Assembly: GCA_033762915.1 (NCBI GenBank)
Contig: JANRLD010000065.1
Location: 1 to 20,470 of the forward strand
Length of the DNA: 20,470 bases
Source of the DNA: Meiothermus sp.
Lineage (GTDB): Bacteria > Deinococcota > Deinococci > Deinococcales > Thermaceae
Direction: 5' to 3'
Part shown: positions 17,132 to 20,470 of the stretch, one piece after another
Layout of the letters: each line of letters begins with the position of its first letter
Numbering within the stretch: the first letter of the stretch is position 1
The notes under the pieces: generated by a model
Databases searched by the model: none
What the model saw: the letters and a program-made list of their open reading frames with translations, nothing else
What the model was told of the DNA's origin: nothing
Position numbers and translations under genes: made by a program

Positions 17132-17272
17132 TATCGCGTTTGTCACCTATTCTCTGCCCACGGTGACGCGCTAAAGCGTGCGCAAAAGCGTGCGCAAAAG
17201 CGTGCGCTAAAGCGGTGTATTGCACTCGGTACGGCAAAGCCGCCGTACCGAGTGTTTGTGGGAATCGCTCTA
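17132..17272. mobile_element. MITE-like element, third copy, with an internal tandem repeat
   Basis: TATCGCGTTTGTCAC ... GTGGGAATCGCTCTA; hairpin CACTCGGTACGGC/GCCGTACCGAGTG; 94 bp once the 47-nt insert is removed. Confidence 0.8.
17168..17215. repeat. 4 x 12-bp tandem repeat GCGCWAAAGCGK
   Basis: GCGCTAAAGCGT GCGCAAAAGCGT GCGCAAAAGCGT GCGCTAAAGCGG. Confidence 0.95.
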
Positions 17273-19138
17273 AAGCCGCTCGTAGGAGAGGATCTTGAAG
17301 ACCGGCTGAATGGCCTGTTCGGGGCGCTGCATGATGCCGGGTTTGTTGGTGCCGGTGTTGATGTAGATCACCTCGGAGCCCTGCCCGGCGTTGCAGCCGG
17401 TGTAGTCGGCCACGTTGCCGCTGGTTCCGGCATCGGTGGTGCAGAAGTAGTTGGAGACCACTGAGCCGAACAGCACCCGCTTCTGCCCGGTGTAGAAGGT
17501 GTCGCCCGCGTAGATGGGGGCCATGATGTTGTTGCCCTGCTGGAAGAAGTCCTCCTGGGCCACCAGGCCCAGCACGTGGTGGGGGAACCGGCGGCTGCCA
17601 CCGTCGCCATTGGGGATGAAGTTGCCCTCGATCCTGATGTTTCCGCCCTCGGTGTCGGAGTCGTTGATCTTGCTGACCACCAGGGTGGAGTTCTGCACGG
17701 TCGCGCCGGAATCGTCCCAACTGCGCGCGGTGTACTCCACGCTGGAGTAGATGCGCAGGTTAAAGCCCTCGAGCTGCACGTCGCCGTAGACCTCGAAGCT
17801 GCCCCGCCCGCTGTTGCCGGTCGCGTCGTAGCGCCAGCCCACGGTGCGGCCCCCCACGGTCACCCGGCAGTCCACGTTGGAGTCCCCGCCGCTGCCGCTG
17901 GGCCCCAGCCAGATGTCGCGGGTGTTGGCCTCGGTGCCGCTGGTGTTGTTCTTGCCCTTGCCATTGCCGCTGCTGCTGGTGCTCGCGACCGCGCCGCTGA
18001 GGGCCGTGCGGCAGGAGCTGGGTAGGGTCAGGCTGGTGTTGGTGGTGCCGTTGGCGTTGACGATGATGGGGTTGCCGCCGCTGACATAGCGGATGCGCAG
18101 CCCCTTGGAGGTGTCGCCCGAGTCGGTGTTGATGCACTGCCGCCAGGTTCTGCTGGGGTTGGCGGGGTCGCAGCCGGTGCTGCCGAAGTTGGGGAAGCTG
18201 GGGGGGTTGGAGAGGTCGAAGGCCGAGGGGCCGTTGTCGGTGCACAAGTAGCGCTTCTCGATGGGGCAGCCGGTGGAGGAGTTGGGGTTGTTGATGATGT
18301 CGGAGGCCCCCCGGCCCACGTAGACCCCCTTGAGCGGGGTGCTGCTGGTACCGATCTGCGAGCTGCCGCTGATGTCGACTTGGCCGTACTGCACCCGCAG
18401 CGAGGCGCAGAGGTCGGAGGCCGCTTCGTTGGCGTCGTCCATGCCCAGCCGGGCGGCGTCGTCGTAGTCGTTGCCCCTGATGTCGTAGGAGTTGAGCATC
18501 TGGAAGTTGCCGTTGGAGATGATCACCGGCGTGGTGGGGCTGGTGCCCACCACATAGATTCCGCCCCGGATCGAGGTGTTGCCGTTCATGAACTTGTTGG
18601 CCTGGCCCTGGCCGGCGAAGATGGCATTGTCCAGCAAGCCGGTGTTGGCCATCTGTACCACCATCCGCACCTTGGCGGTGGCCCCGCTCGAGGTGCCCAC
18701 CGACTCGAGGGTGTAGAACTGGGGGGTGGCGGTGTCGCGGGTGATGCTCACGGTGTAGCTGCCGATGACCGTGCCTGCGGTGTCGGTGACGTCTTCCTTG
18801 GTCAGGGTGATCTTGTTGTTGACGAACTGGGTGGCCCTTCCATCGCGGTCGAAGTCGATCCCGTTACCAACCGAGCTCTGGCAGGCGGTGCTTCCGCCGG
18901 AGGAGCCGCCGGAAGAGCCGCCGGAGTTTTGTGACTCCACCCAGCGGTAGTTCTGGAACAGCGCGGCCTTGTATTTCTGCAAACCGGCCTCGGCCACATA
19001 GTTGGCCTGGAGCGAGGTCACGTCGTTGCGGGTGGTGAACATCTCGGTCTGGGTGGTAAAAAAGGTGCCGAAGGCCAGCGCGGCGATCATCACCAGGATG
19101 GCCAGCGTGGCGACGAGGGCAATTCCCTTGGGGCGCAT
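17270..19138 (-). CDS. comZ: ComZ-like competence protein (PilX-type N-terminus; candidate DNA receptor)
   Basis: KG|IALVATL class III signal, GTFFTTQ.E...TRND, AEAGLQKYKAALFQ, AIFAG.GQANK, DLCASLRVQYG, LFGSV.SN.FCTT and LSYER match my recollection of Thermus thermophilus ComZ. Confidence 0.85.
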   Translation of the reverse strand: MRPKGIALVATLAILVMIAALAFGTFFTTQTEMFTTRNDVTSLQANYVAEAGLQKYKAALFQNYRWVESQNSGGSSGGSSGGSTACQSSVGNGIDFDRDGRATQFVNNKITLTKEDVTDTAGTVIGSYTVSITRDTATPQFYTLESVGTSSGATAKVRMVVQMANTGLLDNAIFAGQGQANKFMNGNTSIRGGIYVVGTSPTTPVIISNGNFQMLNSYDIRGNDYDDAARLGMDDANEAASDLCASLRVQYGQVDISGSSQIGTSSTPLKGVYVGRGASDIINNPNSSTGCPIEKRYLCTDNGPSAFDLSNPPSFPNFGSTGCDPANPSRTWRQCINTDSGDTSKGLRIRYVSGGNPIIVNANGTTNTSLTLPSSCRTALSGAVASTSSSGNGKGKNNTSGTEANTRDIWLGPSGSGGDSNVDCRVTVGGRTVGWRYDATGNSGRGSFEVYGDVQLEGFNLRIYSSVEYTARSWDDSGATVQNSTLVVSKINDSDTEGGNIRIEGNFIPNGDGGSRRFPHHVLGLVAQEDFFQQGNNIMAPIYAGDTFYTGQKRVLFGSVVSNYFCTTDAGTSGNVADYTGCNAGQGSEVIYINTGTNKPGIMQRPEQAIQPVFKILSYERL

Positions 19139-19147
19139 CTTCTCCTC

Positions 19148-19882
19148 CTACTGATCTTTCAGGTTGGGCATCAAGACCTGCTGGGTCATCGAGTAGCACA
19201 CGTACTGGGCCGGGCAGGTCACGGTCGGGCCGCTGGTGGTGCGGTAGGTCTTTATGCTGGTCTTGCCGTCGGGGTCGCTCGAGCGGCCCACCACTGTGAC
19301 CAGGGCGCTGCGGGGGTAGCTGGTTCCGCTGGGGCAGTTGGTGTTGTCGGGGTACTGGTTGGTGGTGGTTCCGGTGGAGCAGACGTACTGAATGTCGAGG
19401 GCCAGGATGTTCCCCGATATCTCGTTGCTGGTGTTCTCGAGTGCGGTGGTGACGGTGCTGTCTGCGGTGGCGCAGGTCTGGTCGCTGCGCCGCAGGCTGT
19501 TGTTGACGATCAGGTAGTCCACCCGCCGGCAGGCACTGGCACCGTTGTCTTGTAGCGAGCTGGCATAGCGCACGGTGAGTTTGTCGGTGACGGCGGAATT
19601 TGCGCCGCTGGCCGCCCCGCTCAGGCAGCTCGAGATGACGCAGCTGAGCTGGCTGGTGGTGTTGCCGCTGCTGTCGGTGTAGCGGCTCGAGCCTGCGAGT
19701 TGGAGGTCGTTGGTGACCATCTGCATGACCGAACGCACCCGGTCTTGCACCTCGCTCTGGGTCTGGGCCTGCTGGGCCACCTCGCGCGTCTGGATGAAGT
19801 AGCCGATGCCCAGCCACAGCACGATGCTCAGGATGGACATCGCGACAATGGTCTCGATCAGGGTAAAGCCAGAGTTGCGCAC
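19148..19882 (-). CDS. Type IV minor pilin (PilW-like; positional PilA3 equivalent)
   Basis: SG|FTLIE prepilin site, DLQLAG motif, multiple Cys, C-terminal MPNLK; immediately upstream of comZ; GGAGG SD before GTG. Confidence 0.88.
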   Translation of the reverse strand: MRNSGFTLIETIVAMSILSIVLWLGIGYFIQTREVAQQAQTQSEVQDRVRSVMQMVTNDLQLAGSSRYTDSSGNTTSQLSCVISSCLSGAASGANSAVTDKLTVRYASSLQDNGASACRRVDYLIVNNSLRRSDQTCATADSTVTTALENTSNEISGNILALDIQYVCSTGTTTNQYPDNTNCPSGTSYPRSALVTVVGRSSDPDGKTSIKTYRTTSGPTVTCPAQYVCYSMTQQVLMPNLKDQ

Positions 19883-19891
19883 GGGGGCCTC

Positions 19892-20470
19892 CTAGCTGCG
19901 CCCGTTGCCGGGGGTGGGGCAGGGCTTAGGGGCGTTGGCCGAGGGGGAGGGATAGATGTCGTAGCAGCTGACCCGGCTGCCCAGGGTCAGGCGGCCCCCG
20001 CCGGGGGTGGAGGCCGTCACCACCACGTCCAGCACTCCCTCGCCGGTAAAGCCGCTCTGGGCGCGGATGTTCCAGGAGACACTGATCCCGTCCACGCTCT
20101 CGGTTCCGGCGCAGGTCACGCTGCGGAAGCTGCTGCGCACCCCCGAGCCGGTGGGTGGGGTCTGGGCCTCAGGGCAGTTCCAGTAATAGTCCACGAAGAA
20201 GAAGCTCTGCTTAACCCCGCTGCGGTTGAATACCGTGGCGCTGCTCTCGTCTACGAAGCTACTGCTGCTAATGGTGTTGCTGCTTCCAGCGGGGGTGGCG
20301 CTGGTGTCGTCCATCTGCACCACCAGCACCTCGGCCAGTTTTTGCTCGAGCACCCGGTTGGCGGCGGCCTTGACCTGGGTGTTGAGCTTGCTTTGGGTGC
20401 TGGCCTTAAGGTTGCCGACCTGGCGGTACAGCAAGGCGGTGAACCCCACCGCCAGTACCGCCAGTGCGAT
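19892..20470 (-). CDS. Type IV minor pilin (PilV-like; PilA2 equivalent), 5' end outside the window
   Basis: Frame is open to the window edge with a hydrophobic pilin helix (IALAVLAVGFTALL); C-terminal CYDIYPSP...P.PCP as recalled for Thermus PilA2. Confidence 0.8.
   Translation of the reverse strand: MALAVLAVGFTALLYRQVGNLKASTQSKLNTQVKAAANRVLEQKLAEVLVVQMDDTSATPAGSSNTISSSSFVDESSATVFNRSGVKQSFFFVDYYWNCPEAQTPPTGSGVRSSFRSVTCAGTESVDGISVSWNIRAQSGFTGEGVLDVVVTASTPGGGRLTLGSRVSCYDIYPSPSANAPKPCPTPGNGRS

Overview
High-GC chromosomal window from a Deinococcota (Thermaceae, Meiothermus-like) genome. The assignment rests on the 16S helix-44 sequence, the ribosomal proteins, a ComZ homologue and pervasive leaderless promoters. 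Contents, in order: the 3' end of a stand-alone 16S rRNA gene with its own terminator, two hypothetical genes, an aquaporin, an HD-domain protein, a secreted metallophosphoesterase, a SufT/DUF59 protein and a PQQ sugar-dehydrogenase lipoprotein. Next come rplJ-rplL (with L10 leader) back-to-back with rplM-rpsI, an accessory xisH-xisI plus immunity-like ORF islet, acuB-acuC, an orphan ABC permease, an alpha/beta hydrolase, a glutaryl-CoA-type dehydrogenase, a DoxX/DoxD protein and the end of a pilA2-pilA3-comZ competence operon. The most striking unexplained structure is three collinear copies of a ~95-bp TA-flanked two-hairpin element with compensatory base changes. One copy is nested inside another and one sits in the comZ stop codon. 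Two copies carry the same GCGCTAAAGCG micro-insertion. The palindrome CTCGAG is also strongly over-represented (about 51 by manual count). All counts and alignments were made by eye, and family calls are from recalled motifs, not database searches.
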